Assembly (NCBI GenBank): GCA_963738475.1
Contig: CAVTWU010000026.1
Location: forward strand, 10,362 to 74,361
Source of the DNA: an uncultured Chloroflexia bacterium
GTDB lineage: Bacteria; Chloroflexota; Limnocylindria; Limnocylindrales; CSP1-4
Direction of reading: 5' to 3'
Length of the DNA: 64,000 nucleotides
Shown: positions 22,063 through 32,682 of the stretch, one piece after another
How the letters are laid out: the number at the start of each line of letters is the position of its first letter
Position numbering within the stretch: position 1 is the stretch's first letter
Notes under the pieces: generated by a model
What the model was told of the DNA's origin: nothing
Seen by the model: the letters and a program-made list of their open reading frames with translations, nothing else
Database searches by the model: none
Made by a program: the position numbers and the translations under genes

Positions 22063-22449
22063 ATGATGCGTCGTTCGATCGTCGGTCTGCTGGTCGTAGG
22101 GGCCCTGGCCCTTACCGGCTGTGCTTCGGGCGGCGGTGGTGCCGCAGCGACCGCCACCGAGCCGTCAGCGCCGCACCTGACCGTCACAGCCAAGGACATC
22201 GCCTTCGACACGGCCGAGCTCGAGATGACCGCCGGCCAGCCGACGCTCATCTACTTCGTCAACCAGGACGACGCCCCCCACGACATCCAGATCGCCGCCA
22301 ACGTGTCCGGCGGAGGCTCGATGTTCAAGGGCGAGATCATCAACAAGGGCGCGATCGTGTACGACGTCCCGGCCTTCGGTGCCGGCTCGTACTTCTTCCT
22401 CTGCACGGTGCACCCGAACATGAACGGGACCGTCCAGGTCGCCCCGTGA
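22063..22449 (+). CDS. Cupredoxin-domain lipoprotein (amicyanin-like)
   Basis: Lipobox ALALTGCAS. Copper ligand context PHDIQI and C-T-V-H-P-N-M. Confidence 0.8.
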   Translation: MMRRSIVGLLVVGALALTGCASGGGGAAATATEPSAPHLTVTAKDIAFDTAELEMTAGQPTLIYFVNQDDAPHDIQIAANVSGGGSMFKGEIINKGAIVYDVPAFGAGSYFFLCTVHPNMNGTVQVAP

Positions 22450-22468
22450 CCCGAAGGAGCCACTCGTC

Positions 22469-23410
22469 GTGACCACGCGGATCATCCTCGACGTCGACAC
22501 CGGCACGGACGACGCCGTCGCCCTCATGGTCGCGGCGCTCTCACCGGACATCGAGCTCGTCGGCGCGACCACCGTCAACGGCAACACGGCCCTGACCAAC
22601 TGCACCGAGAACACGCTCCGGGTGTTCGATCACATCGGCCTCAGCGGCGTGCCCGTGCACGAGGGCATGGCCGAGCCGATGGTCCGCCCGAATGCCCACC
22701 AGATCAATCCGGCGTCGCGCATCCACGGCGACTTCCTCGACCTGCCGCCGTCGCGCTCGACCAAGGGCGATCGTCACGCCGTCGACTGGCTCATCGATAC
22801 CTACATGGCGTCCGACGGCGACATCACGCTGGTGCCGGTGGGGCCGCTGACCAACATCGCGACGGCGATGCGCAAGGAGCCGCGGATCATCGAGCGGATC
22901 CCGGAGCTGGTCATCATGGGCGGCGCCCACGACCACGGGAACGCGACGGCGTCCGCCGAGTTCAACATCTTCCTGGACCCCGAAGCGGCCCGGATCGTGA
23001 TCAACTGCGGCCGGCCGATCCGGCTGCTGCCGCTCGACGCGACCCACGAGGCGCTCGTGTCACGCGAGGACTGCGCCGCGCTCCGAGCCCTGGGCACCCC
23101 GGCCGCGACGGCCACCGCGACCTTCATCGAGAAGCGGATCGAAGGCTACGACGCGACCCAGCCGATGCATCGCCTGGGCGCTGCGCCGGTCCACGACGCA
23201 CTCGCGGTCTGTGCCGTCATCGACCCGACGGTCATCACGACCCACTTCATCCCGGTCGACGTCGAAACGGGCGGCGAGCTGTCGCAGGGCCGGACCGTCG
23301 CGGACTTCCGCGGTCGAAGCCGGAAGCCACCGAACGTCCACTTCGCGATGGACGCCGACGAGCCGAAGTTCGTCGCGATGCTGACCGAGATCCTGGCCCG
23401 GACCCTCTAG
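22469..23410 (+). CDS. Nucleoside hydrolase (IU-NH family)
   Basis: Intact 313 aa. ILDVDTGTDDAVALM (DxDxxxDD), VGATTVNGN, GGAHDHGN. Confidence 0.9.
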   Translation: MTTRIILDVDTGTDDAVALMVAALSPDIELVGATTVNGNTALTNCTENTLRVFDHIGLSGVPVHEGMAEPMVRPNAHQINPASRIHGDFLDLPPSRSTKGDRHAVDWLIDTYMASDGDITLVPVGPLTNIATAMRKEPRIIERIPELVIMGGAHDHGNATASAEFNIFLDPEAARIVINCGRPIRLLPLDATHEALVSREDCAALRALGTPAATATATFIEKRIEGYDATQPMHRLGAAPVHDALAVCAVIDPTVITTHFIPVDVETGGELSQGRTVADFRGRSRKPPNVHFAMDADEPKFVAMLTEILARTL

Positions 23411-23457
23411 CCCGGTACGGGCTCGCGCGTCGGCGGGACGACGCTCGACCGCGTGGG

Positions 23458-24231
23458 CTACGGCGCCGCGCGGAACATCAGGCCGTTGGCGCCCGCATCG
23501 AGGGTCAGCGTGTCCGCATCGATGGAGTAGGGGACCGTCCCCTGCAGGACCGCCGCGACCGCCCCCTCCACGGCCCCACCGGGAGCCTCGCAGGCCTTCT
23601 TCGTGCTGATCATCGGTCCGAAGGTGAGCGTGTCCGCTGAAACCTCGACCGGGCCACCGCCCGTGTTGCAGCCGAAGTTCACCTCGGCCTGGCCGTCGAC
23701 GATGCGCAGCGAGGCGACGACGCCCTGCGGGACGCTCGAGACGGCGTCGCCGGCCACGATCCCGTCGAGGATCCAGAGCGTGCCTTCGATGGGCTTGTCC
23801 GGCGTTGCAACGGTCTTGTCGAGGAGCGTGAGGGTGACCGTCCCATCGGTCAGCGTGAGCGTGTCGCCGGACTGGCTGACGGTGACGTCGGACAGGAAGT
23901 CGGCGAGCCACTGGTCCTGCTGCATGAGCGGTTCGTCGCAGGCCATCTCGGTCATGAACATCGCGCCGGTCTTGAGCTGGTCGCCATCGAGGGTGTACGT
24001 GCCACCCATCGAGTTGCAGCCGCCGCTCGCCTGCAGGCTGCCGTCCTTGAACGTGAGGGTGATCGTGCTGCCGGGGACCAGGGTGACCCCGGTCGCGCCG
24101 GTCGAGAGATAGGTGTGGCCGTCGAGGGCCGGTGGCTGGGCGCTGGGTGCGGTCGAGGCGCCGGCGGCGGAGCACGCCGACAGGACCGTGACGGTGGCGA
24201 TGGTCAGGAAGAGCAACGGAAGTCGGTTCAT
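23458..24231 (-). CDS. Tandem META-domain lipoprotein
   Basis: ATG 24231 MNRLPLLFLTIATVTVLSACS. Two META units (ASGGCNSMGGTY..MTEMACDE and NFGCNTGGGPVEV..STKKACEAP). The upstream part of the 499-aa track ORF is read-through. Confidence 0.8.
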   Translation of the reverse strand: MNRLPLLFLTIATVTVLSACSAAGASTAPSAQPPALDGHTYLSTGATGVTLVPGSTITLTFKDGSLQASGGCNSMGGTYTLDGDQLKTGAMFMTEMACDEPLMQQDQWLADFLSDVTVSQSGDTLTLTDGTVTLTLLDKTVATPDKPIEGTLWILDGIVAGDAVSSVPQGVVASLRIVDGQAEVNFGCNTGGGPVEVSADTLTFGPMISTKKACEAPGGAVEGAVAAVLQGTVPYSIDADTLTLDAGANGLMFRAAP

Positions 24232-24333
24232 GCCGCAAGGACGACGGCCGCGCCGGGCGGGTTCCACCACAGACACTTGCGAACCGCAAGCGACTTGGCG
24301 TATGGTGGTTGTGAGCGCAACGAACACGCGCCG

Positions 24334-24744
24334 ATGATCGCCCCAGGAGCCCGACGACCCATGGATCCCCGCATCGAAGCCGCCCTCGCACATGGCCACA
24401 CCATCGACATCACCACGACCGGCCGGAAGACCGGCGAGGCCCGCCGGATCGAGATCGTCTTCCACAACATCGATGGGCGCCTGATCATCACCGGCTCCCC
24501 CCGGTCGGACCACACGCGCGCCTGGATCCTGAACCTCGAGGCCGATCCGGCCATCACATTCCACCTCAAGGGCCCCGTCATCGCGGACCTGCCGGGGACG
24601 GCGCGCGTCATCACGGATCCGGTCGAGCGCCGCGCCATCGCCGAATGGGTCGTCGCCAACGCCTGGCGCCAGCAGGACGTCGAGGCGATGACCGCGTGGG
24701 CGCCGATGATCGAGGTCACGGTCGCGGATCCGGTGCTCGCCTAG
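24334..24744 (+). CDS. Deazaflavin (F420)-dependent nitroreductase family protein
   Basis: TTTGRKTGEARRIEIVFHNIDGRLIITGS..AWILNLEADPAITFHLKG..GTARVITDPVER matches the split-barrel Ddn-family pattern (from memory). Start is 24334 or 24361. Confidence 0.65.
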   Translation: MIAPGARRPMDPRIEAALAHGHTIDITTTGRKTGEARRIEIVFHNIDGRLIITGSPRSDHTRAWILNLEADPAITFHLKGPVIADLPGTARVITDPVERRAIAEWVVANAWRQQDVEAMTAWAPMIEVTVADPVLA

Positions 24745-24754
24745 ACTCCCACGG

Positions 24755-25267
24755 GTGGAGATCCGCACGATCCGACCGGACGAGTGGCCGGCCTTCCGTG
24801 AGATCCGGCTTCGGGCCTTGCTCGATGCCCCCGATGCCTTCGGCGCCACGTACGAGGACGAGGCGGCGAGCTCGGACGAGGCCTGGCGGCACCGCGCAGA
24901 CCGTCCGGACGGCACGCTGATCGTCGCCGTCGACGACGCCGGGCGGTTCGTCGGCATGGGCTCCGGTGGCCCAGCGCCGGATCACCCCGAGTTCGGGGCC
25001 ATCTACGGGATGTGGGTCGAGCCGTCAGCGCGCGGGCAGGGTATCGGCCAGGGGATCATCCGGGCGATCGCGGCATGGGCGAGGCGAGCAGGCTATGACG
25101 CCATCGGGCTCGGCGTGACCATCGGCAACGAGGCTGCCACCGCGCTGTATGAACGGCTCGGGTTTCGCGATACCGGCCTGCGGTTCCCGCTGCGCGAGGG
25201 GACGGACCTGACCATCCAGGTGTTGTCGACATCGCTCGACGACCTGGAGGCATACTTCCGCCCATGA
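24755..25267 (+). CDS. GNAT N-acetyltransferase
   Basis: Intact. Motif A WVEPSARGQGIGQGIIRAIAAWA. LYERLGF. Confidence 0.85.
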   Translation: MEIRTIRPDEWPAFREIRLRALLDAPDAFGATYEDEAASSDEAWRHRADRPDGTLIVAVDDAGRFVGMGSGGPAPDHPEFGAIYGMWVEPSARGQGIGQGIIRAIAAWARRAGYDAIGLGVTIGNEAATALYERLGFRDTGLRFPLREGTDLTIQVLSTSLDDLEAYFRP

Positions 25268-25774
25268 CCCAGACCATCCGCATCCTCATCCAGGGCACCG
25301 GCGAGACGTCCGCTGGTGTGCAGCTCCCCGACGCGGTCGTCGAGGCCCTCGGCAAGGGCAAGAAGCCGCCGGTCAAGGCGACGATCAACGGCTACACCTG
25401 GCGCAGCACCGTGGCGGTGATGGGCGGGGAGTACTGGCTGGGCGTCAGCAAGGAGGTCCGCCGCAACGCCGGCTGTCGAGGCCGGCCAGGAGGTGGACCT
25501 GACCCTCGAGCTCGACACCGAGGAGCGCATCCTGGAGGTCCCGGACGACTTCGCCGCGGCCCTCGACGCCGAACCCGAGGCGCGCCGCTTCTTCGACTCC
25601 CTCTCGTACAGCAATCGACGCCGGTTCACGTACTCGATCGACGACGCCAAGACGCCCGAGACGCGCCAGCGCCGCATCGAGAAGTCGGTCGCCCAGCTCC
25701 GCGACGGGCAAGGTCTAGCCCGGACCGACGGGCCATGGCGGTCTGACGTTCAGGGTGGGATGCTCCGCCCATGA
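25264..25774 (+). CDS. DUF1905 / YdeI-like protein, frameshifted
   Basis: IQGTGETSAGVQLPDAVVEALGKGKKPPVKATINGYTWRSTVAVMGGEY, hop near 25460, then DDFAAALDAEPEARRFFDSLSYSNRRRFTYSIDDAKTPETRQRRIEKSV. Confidence 0.7.
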
Positions 25775-26550
25775 CCCGCCGAGCCGCCTTCCCGGCCCTG
25801 CTCCTCGTGGCACTCGCCACACTCGGCTGCGATGTGCTTCAGGCGCCCGACCTTCCGATCCCGTGCGAGCAGGAGTTCTCGGACGCCCACTGCCTGGCGA
25901 TCGTCGACACCGTCGGCGTGAAGCTGGATCTGACGCGCGCCGACATCGTCGCCGTCGCCATCCTCCCGAGCGAGTCCAAGGGCATGACCTTGGGTGGCGC
26001 CGCCCCGGTGAGCGTCCGGGTCACGCTCGTCGACGGGTCGACGCAGGACGTCCCGATCGGCTGCGGCGGCCTCGCCATGGCGCCTGCCTGCAGCGACGAT
26101 CCGCACCTCGAGCCGGCGTCGATCATCCTTGGCGGATACCACGACGTCCCGTGCGCAGGGGAGCCGCCGGCTGGCTGCGCGACGCCCGTCCCGCCGCCCG
26201 ACCCGGCGGGCCTCGCAGCCGCAGCCGAACTGCAGCTTGACCGCTTCGACATCCCCATCGACCACGTCGGCGACTACGAGGTGCCGCTCGGTGAGGCCCG
26301 ACTGCCGAACGGTCTGCTGACCGTTGCCGACTTCGCGTTCGTCGACCGGTGGCCGGCCGACGTGACCATCCTGGAAGGGCGCGCCTGGCTCGAGATCCGC
26401 TCACTCGAACCCGGTGGGCGTCCGTTCGGGAACATCTACGAGCACGGCCGGAGCGAGGGAGCCGAGCGCGTCGAGGCCTCGCTCGTCTTCCACGTGGACC
26501 GGTTCGATCCCGGCGCGGTGCTCTCGATCCGCGACGTCATCGTCCGCTAG
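25771..26550 (+). CDS. Hypothetical lipoprotein
   Basis: Intact 259 aa. Lipobox LLLVALATLGCD. Several Cys residues. No family recognised. Confidence 0.45.
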   Translation: MTRRAAFPALLLVALATLGCDVLQAPDLPIPCEQEFSDAHCLAIVDTVGVKLDLTRADIVAVAILPSESKGMTLGGAAPVSVRVTLVDGSTQDVPIGCGGLAMAPACSDDPHLEPASIILGGYHDVPCAGEPPAGCATPVPPPDPAGLAAAAELQLDRFDIPIDHVGDYEVPLGEARLPNGLLTVADFAFVDRWPADVTILEGRAWLEIRSLEPGGRPFGNIYEHGRSEGAERVEASLVFHVDRFDPGAVLSIRDVIVR

Positions 26551-26705
26551 GTCGGTCCGGATCGCCACGTAGGGCCGGATCGCCCGCCCATAGCCGACCC
26601 TCGGCTCTGTCGCCTGGCCGTCCCGACGTCGCACAGTCAAGGCTGTCGCGAGCGTGCGTCCGCAGGATCGGGATGCGTCGCGATGGATCGAACGGAGGGC
26701 CACCG

Positions 26706-27141
26706 ATGGGCCGCACCGCAAATCGCGCGACGTTGATCGTGCTCCAGAGCTTCGTCGCCTTCACCACCATCTTCGGAGCGTTCGCTGGTCGTCCCGACCC
26801 TGCCGCTGGAGTGGATCCAGCGTGGCCCGATGACGGACTACACGATCCCGGCCATCGCCCTCGGCCTGGTCGGCGTGTCGGCCATCGTGTCGGTCGTGCT
26901 GCTGGTCCTTGGGTCGACGCACGCGCCCGTGGTCACGATGATCTCCGGCGCGATGATGATCGCCTTCGAATTCGTCGAGATCGCCGTCGTGGGACTCTCG
27001 GTGATCGTCCACGGCGCGGATGAGCCGGTGTCCTGGCTCCAGATCTTCTACATCGCGATCGGGGTCGTGGTGATGACCCTCGCGTATCGACTCTGGCACC
27101 AGATGGCCGACCCGTGGTCCGTCGCGTGGCACGCCCGCTGA
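26706..27141 (+). CDS. Hypothetical 4-TM membrane protein
   Basis: ATG 26706 MGRTANRATLIVLQSFVAFTTIFGAF, hop near 26790, YTIPAIALGLVGVSAIVSVVLLVL..MISGAMMIAFEFVEIAVVGL..IFYIAIGVVVMTLAY. Confidence 0.45.
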
Positions 27142-27146
27142 CCGCC

Positions 27147-28106
27147 ATGGATCGCGTCGTCTCGCGCGCCCACGTGGCGCTCATCGGGTTCACCGGGCTA
27201 CTCGCCGCCGTGGCGGCGGGAGCCGGCGTCTTCCTGCGCGGTGACCTCGCCACGGAGCCGTTCACGACGGTCCGTGGCGACCTCGTCGACGTCCTGACGG
27301 CCGGCGTGTACCGGTTCAACGGCAAGGCGATCGCGGCCGAGGGCGTCGGCTGGGACGCGGTCACGCTGTTCCTGGTGGTCCCGGCGTTGCTGATCTCACT
27401 GCCGTTCCTGCGAATGGGTTCGCTCCGGGCGCGCCTGTTCGTCCTCGGCGTCCTGGCCTACTTCACCTACCAGTACTTCGAGTACGCGATGGCGCTGGCC
27501 TACGGCCCGATGTTCCTCGTGTACGTCGGCATCGGGGCGCTCAGCGTGACGGGCATCGCCCTGCTGGCCGGTGGACTGGATCTCAAGGCGATGGAGGCCC
27601 GGGTCTCGGACCGCTTCCCGCGCCGCGCGATGACGGGGTTCGGCATCTTCATGGCCGTCCTGCTGGCGGGGATGTGGCTGCCGCTCATCGCCCAGACCTG
27701 GGATGCGACGTCCGTGCCGCAGTTGAACGGCGGCACGACACTGGTCGTCCAGGCATTCGATCTCGGGTTCCTGGTCCCGCTCGGACTGTTCACGGCGGTG
27801 ACCGTCAAGCGCGGGCTCGCCGTCGGCGTCGTCCTGTCCGCGATCGTGGTCGTGAAGGGGATGGCGATGGGCGCCGGCATCGCGTCGATGCTCATCGTCG
27901 AGTGGCTCGCCACCGGTGTTCCCCAGCTTCCCCCGATCCTCGTCTTCGCGGCGATCTCGCTGGCCTGCGGGGCGCTCGCCTGGCGGGTCTTCGGGAGCAT
28001 CGGACCGCTCCCCGCGGACGCGGACGCGGGAGCGGCACGGACCGGCTACCGTTCGAGCGATGGACGAGTCGACGGACGAACCGCTGCGCCTGGGGCTGGC
28101 GCCTGA
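27147..28106 (+). CDS. Hypothetical polytopic membrane protein
   Basis: Open from ATG 27147. At least 7 hydrophobic spans (ALIGFTGLLAAVAAGAGVF, TLFLVVPALLISLPF, FVLGVLAYFTYQYF ...). No family recognised. Confidence 0.5.
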   Translation: MDRVVSRAHVALIGFTGLLAAVAAGAGVFLRGDLATEPFTTVRGDLVDVLTAGVYRFNGKAIAAEGVGWDAVTLFLVVPALLISLPFLRMGSLRARLFVLGVLAYFTYQYFEYAMALAYGPMFLVYVGIGALSVTGIALLAGGLDLKAMEARVSDRFPRRAMTGFGIFMAVLLAGMWLPLIAQTWDATSVPQLNGGTTLVVQAFDLGFLVPLGLFTAVTVKRGLAVGVVLSAIVVVKGMAMGAGIASMLIVEWLATGVPQLPPILVFAAISLACGALAWRVFGSIGPLPADADAGAARTGYRSSDGRVDGRTAAPGAGA

Positions 28107-28317
28107 CGTCGACCTCGACGCCCTCGAGCAGGCGCTCCTGCGGGCACGGGCAGGCGAGCTCAGCGAGGTCCGCCGCCGCGGCATCCGCCTGACGGCCGGC
28201 TACGGCGACCCGACGAACCGCGAGGTCATGGACGACGAGGCCCGCCGTGCCCAGGCTCGCTACGACGCCTTGACCGCCGTCCTCGATGCCCTCAGGGTCG
28301 CCCGCGCCGAGCGCTGA
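28061..28317 (+). CDS. Small acidic helical hypothetical protein
   Basis: ATG 28061 MDESTDEPLRLGLAPDVDLDALEQALL..ARRAQARYDALTAVLDALRVARAER. It overlaps the tail of the previous ORF, so one of the two ends is probably indel-affected. Confidence 0.3.
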
Positions 28318-28597
28318 ACCTGGCCGGGGTCCGGCGCGCCGACGCACCGATCCGGTACTTCCGTCCCATGGGCGACTGGCCCCGATGGGTACAGATTCGG
28401 GCGGACGAGAGCAGTCCGCTGGACTGGCCGGACGGGGCCGGATCTTCGTCGTCGGAGGGATCGCATGATCGGCACGAACGACCGGTGTGGCGGACAGGAT
28501 CCGCGCACGGTCGGACGGCGTCGGCGTACGACGACGACAGCCATGCCCCAGCCCGCCTTCGGCCGGTGGCGCCGCCGATCTCCAGGAGTGCCCCCTG

Positions 28598-29923
28598 ATG
28601 GATCCGAGACTGCCGTCGCATGATGGCGGGGACCGCGCTGCGGCCCCGTCGCTCCCCGACGAACCCAGCGTGTCGCGCCACTCGCTGGCCCTGTATCTCT
28701 ACACCGGCGCCACGATCGTCGCCGGAGCGGTCGCCCTCGCCTGGGCGTCGCTGACCTTCCCGATCTGGCCGACGATCTCCCTCACCAAGGCCGGTGGTCC
28801 CGAGGGGATCCTCCTCGGGATGGTGTTCTGGATCGCCCTGGGGCTCCTCGGTGGGACCCGCGTCCAGCACCTCCATGGCCATGGCGTGCTCACGTTCCAC
28901 CTGCCGTTCATCATCGCGGCGACCGCGCTCGGCGGACCCGTGGCGGGCGGCTGGGTGGCCGTCTTCGCGACCTTCGAGATGCGTGAGTTCCGCGAGGTGC
29001 CGTGGTACGGGACGCTGGCCAACCACGCGTCGATCGCGCTCTCGGCCGTCCTCGCCGGCGTCGTGTTCGATGTCGTGCGGAATGGTCCCCTCGGTGGCGT
29101 CGCTGAAGGCGGTCAGGCCGCCGAGCTGCTGGCGATCGTCGCGGCCACGTTCATCCTGTCCGGACTGTCGGCCGGACTGGCCGCGGGGACCGTCATCCTG
29201 CGCGATCGCCTCACCTTCCGGGAAGCCACGCGCCTCTACGACACGTCCTATCGGACGACCTCCGCAAGCGAGGTCGTGATGGGCTGGGTCCTGGTGCTGT
29301 CCTACAGCACCATCGGCTGGTGGGCGGCGCTGGTCAGCGCGTCCCTGGTCCTCGTCATCTGGCAGGGTCACGACTACCGCGAGATGGCCCGCCACGACGC
29401 GATGACCGGCCTGCTCAGCCGGGCCGGCTTCGATGTCCGACTCGAACAGATCCTCGTCGGCGTCCGGCGGGGTGCCGGACGGGCGGCATTGCTGGCCATC
29501 GACCTCGACGGGTTCAAGGCGATCAACGACACGTACGGCCACAAGACCGGGGACGAGGTCATCCGCGAGGTCGGGATCCGGCTGCGCGATTCCATCCGGC
29601 TGACCGATGCCGCCGTCCGACGGGGCGGCGACGAGTTCGGCGTGCTGCTGGCCGGCATCTCCGACTCGGTCGCGGCCGAGGCGCTGGCCCAGAAGATCTG
29701 GGTCCGGCTGTGCGAGCCCATCGAGACCGAGCGCGGGATGGTGTCCGTCGGCGCCTCGATCGGCGTGATCATCATCGAGCCATCCGGCCGGGTCCCACCG
29801 ATCGATCGACTGCACGGGATGGCGGATCACGAGATGTACCTCATCAAGCAGGCCCGGACCGGCGGCGGCGTGCGGGTGCGGCAGCCCGGCGAGGCGGCGG
29901 TCCCGGTGGCCACCGGGGGTTGA
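28598..29923 (+). CDS. Membrane-anchored diguanylate cyclase (GGDEF)
   Basis: ATG 28598. Multi-TM N-terminal half. DAMTGLLSRAGF..LLAIDLDGFKAINDTYGHKTGDEV. I-site RLTD five residues before RRGGDEFGVLL. No frameshift seen. Confidence 0.85.
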   Translation: MDPRLPSHDGGDRAAAPSLPDEPSVSRHSLALYLYTGATIVAGAVALAWASLTFPIWPTISLTKAGGPEGILLGMVFWIALGLLGGTRVQHLHGHGVLTFHLPFIIAATALGGPVAGGWVAVFATFEMREFREVPWYGTLANHASIALSAVLAGVVFDVVRNGPLGGVAEGGQAAELLAIVAATFILSGLSAGLAAGTVILRDRLTFREATRLYDTSYRTTSASEVVMGWVLVLSYSTIGWWAALVSASLVLVIWQGHDYREMARHDAMTGLLSRAGFDVRLEQILVGVRRGAGRAALLAIDLDGFKAINDTYGHKTGDEVIREVGIRLRDSIRLTDAAVRRGGDEFGVLLAGISDSVAAEALAQKIWVRLCEPIETERGMVSVGASIGVIIIEPSGRVPPIDRLHGMADHEMYLIKQARTGGGVRVRQPGEAAVPVATGG

Positions 29924-29944
29924 CAGCGTCGGCATCGTAGGTCG

Positions 29945-30726
29945 ATGACCGAGCTCCGGATCCGCTCCACCGAACCGCGCGCCGGTGCCCTCGTGGACGA
30001 CATCGTCTTCGATGGCCCCGACGGGCTCGAGGTCGAGGCGTTCCTGGTGCGTCCGACCGTCGCGCCGCCGGACGCCTCGCTCGCCGGGATCCTCATGTGG
30101 CACTGGCTGGACTCGGAGGCGCCCGACGGTAACCGGACGCAGTACCTCGACGAGGCGGCGGATCTCGCCGCGGCCGGGGCGGTCTGCCTGCTGCCCCAGG
30201 GTCGCTTCCCGTGGTCCCAGCCACCGACCGGGTCTGCGGCGGACACGGCTGAGATCCTGGCCGAGGTCGCACGGCTTCGGGCCGGGCTGGACCTGCTGGT
30301 CGCCCGGCAGGAGGTGGATCCGGGCCGGCTCGCCGTCGTCGGCCACGACTTCGGCGGGATGATCGCGGCGGTCGCCGCCGCCGACGAGGACCGGCTCAAG
30401 GCGCTCGTCATCGTGGCCGCCACGCCCGCGCTGGGGCGACTGGTTCCTGCCGTTCTGGGACATCGCCGAGGACCGCATCGACTACCTGCGCGCGATGCGC
30501 CCGATCGATCCCGATCGAGGTCATCGGCCGCGCCGGGCCGGCGGAGGTCCTGTTCCAGTTCGGTCGAAGCGACTTCTTCATCGCCGCGATGAGCGGCCTC
30601 GAGTTCCGCGCCGCGGCCCCGGCGGGCACCGAACTCCTCCCGTACGACACCGGCCACGACATGCGCCTGCCCGAGATCGTCGTTGACCGGCGGGCATTCC
30701 TGGCCCGAACGGTGGGCGTCGCCTGA
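29945..30726 (+). CDS. Alpha/beta-hydrolase fold protein, frameshifted
   Basis: GILMWHWLD. Nucleophile elbow VVGHDFGGMIAA (Asp where Ser is usual). LFQFGRSDFFI. PYDTGHDM. About 3 frame hops at 30430-30520. Stop at 30724-30726. Confidence 0.65.
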
Positions 30727-30797
30727 CAGGCGTAAGGGGGACCCAGGCGGCGCCTGCCCGCTATGCTGCCCCGGCCACGAGCCGCCCAGGAGCCTCC

Positions 30798-32682
30798 ATG
30801 TCGTTCGGTCGGATCGCCGCCCTTGCCCTCGTGATCGCCACGGTGCTGTCCGGATTCGCCGCGACGCCCGCCCGGGCGGCGACGGTGAGCCTGCCTCCCG
30901 CCGCCGACTGCGTGTACGCCACGACGCTGACGATCAAGGCCGAGGCGGACCGGATCATGGCTCGCCACCTGGAGCTGGGCACGCACGCCGACTGGATCCT
31001 GCCCAAGGACCCCACGTGGCGTGAGCAACCGTTCAGCGCGGACCAGAACTGGCTGTTCAACTACCACGCCCTGCGCTGGGTCCTGGCGCTCCTGCAGGCC
31101 GGCCGCGAGACCGGCCAGGCGGCGTACGAGGACCGGGCCGCGTTCCTGCTGCAGGACTGGCTGAAGGCCAACCCACGGTCCAGCCGCGCCACGCTCATGT
31201 CCTGGAACGACATGACCGCCGGGATGCGGGCGTCGGTCCTGGCCTGCGCGACGCGCGATCTCGGCCGGCCGGCCTGGCTCATGGCGGGCATCCGGACCCA
31301 CGGCACGGCCCTCGCCGATCCGGCGTTCTACGCGGACCACGGCAACCACGCGCTCAACCAGGTCATCGGCCTGGTCGACGTCGCGTGCGTGTACCCGCTG
31401 GCCAGCTGGAAGACCCTGGCCGTCAAGCGGATGACCGCCCTGGTGGTCGAGAGCATCGATGCCGAAGGAGCCTCGAACGAGCAGTCGATCGGCTACCAGC
31501 TCTACAACTACGCCCAGTACGAGCGGGCGAGACGCCACCTGGTCGCGTGCGGCCTGGCCGTCCCGTCCGCGTTCACCCGGGTCGCGCGGATGCCCGAGTT
31601 CCTCGCCCACGCCACCGCACCGGACGGCAAGTACGTCCAGCTGGGCGACACGGACCTCCAGGCGGCGAAGGCCATCGATGGCACGACCGCCGAGTTCGCC
31701 GCGACCGCCGGGGCCACCGGACCGCGACCCACCACCACGATCCGGCGGTACGCGGCGGGCTACCTGTTCGCCCGGTCCGGGTGGGGTGACGTGCGGCCGT
31801 TCACCGCCGAGACCCACCTCACCATGCGGTTCGGGCCCGGGCGTCGCCTTCCACGGCCACCCGGACGGCCAGTCGCTGACGCTCTCGGCTCGGGGACGGC
31901 GCCTGCTGGTGGATCCAGGCAAGTACACCTACACCGCCGGCCCGTGGAAGACGTACTTCGAGTCGCGCGCCGCCCACAACGTCGTGGTCGTCGACGGGCT
32001 CACGTACGACCTATCGAAGGCGACCGCCCTCGCGTCGATCGCCCGTCCGAACCTCGTCTACGCGACGTCGACCAACAGCGGGTACGCCGGCGTCACCAAC
32101 CGGCGCCGAGTCCTGTGGTCGCGCGGCGCGGACTACCTGATCGTGGACGACACCCTGGCGTCGTCGGTCGCACGCACGTACCGGCAGACCTGGCACCTGG
32201 CCCGCGGGTCGGTCCCGACGGTCTCGGGCAATCGGCTGGACACGCACTTCGGCAGCGGCAACCTCGCCATCGTCCAGCTCGTGGGCCATCCGGACCTGCG
32301 CGTCATCACCGGCGCCACGAAGCCGATCCAGGGCTGGGTGTCGGAGAAGTACCAGACCAAGTTCACGGCGCCGGTCCTCCAGACCACGGTCAAGGCCAAG
32401 GCCGCCCGCTACCTCACGCTGCTCGTGCCCTACAGCGGCACGCGGCCGATCATCCGCGGACGCGTCGTCAGCCTCACGAGCACCGGCTTCGTGGTCGACG
32501 TGACGATCGGGTCGCGCACCGAGCGGGTCACGGTCGCCGGCAGCACGGTGTCGGTCGTCCCGCGACTGACCAGCCGGCCGCGCGTGCGCGAGCGCGCGAC
32601 GCGGAGCAAACGACGAGGGCTCCGGAGAGCCCTCGTCGTCGGGATCGGTTGCCGGGTCGGTGACCCGGGTGTGTGGTCCTAG
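30798..32682 (+). CDS. Heparinase II/III-like (polysaccharide lyase-like) secreted protein
   Basis: Signal ALALVIATVLSGFAATPARA. Helical N-terminal part NWLFNYHALRWVLALLQA..HGNHALNQ. C-terminal FHGHPDGQSLTLSARGRRLLVDPGKYTY..SRAAHNVVVVDG. Frameshift near 31845. Confidence 0.75.

Noticed and set aside
23458-24957. 499-aa minus-strand ORF as a single large protein
   Set aside because: Only the last 257 codons (from MNRLPLL at 24231) form the META lipoprotein. The upstream part is antisense to the nitroreductase-family and GNAT genes.
28292-30478. 728-aa minus-strand ORF
   Set aside because: It is antisense to the intact GGDEF gene and the alpha/beta hydrolase. No recognisable motifs.
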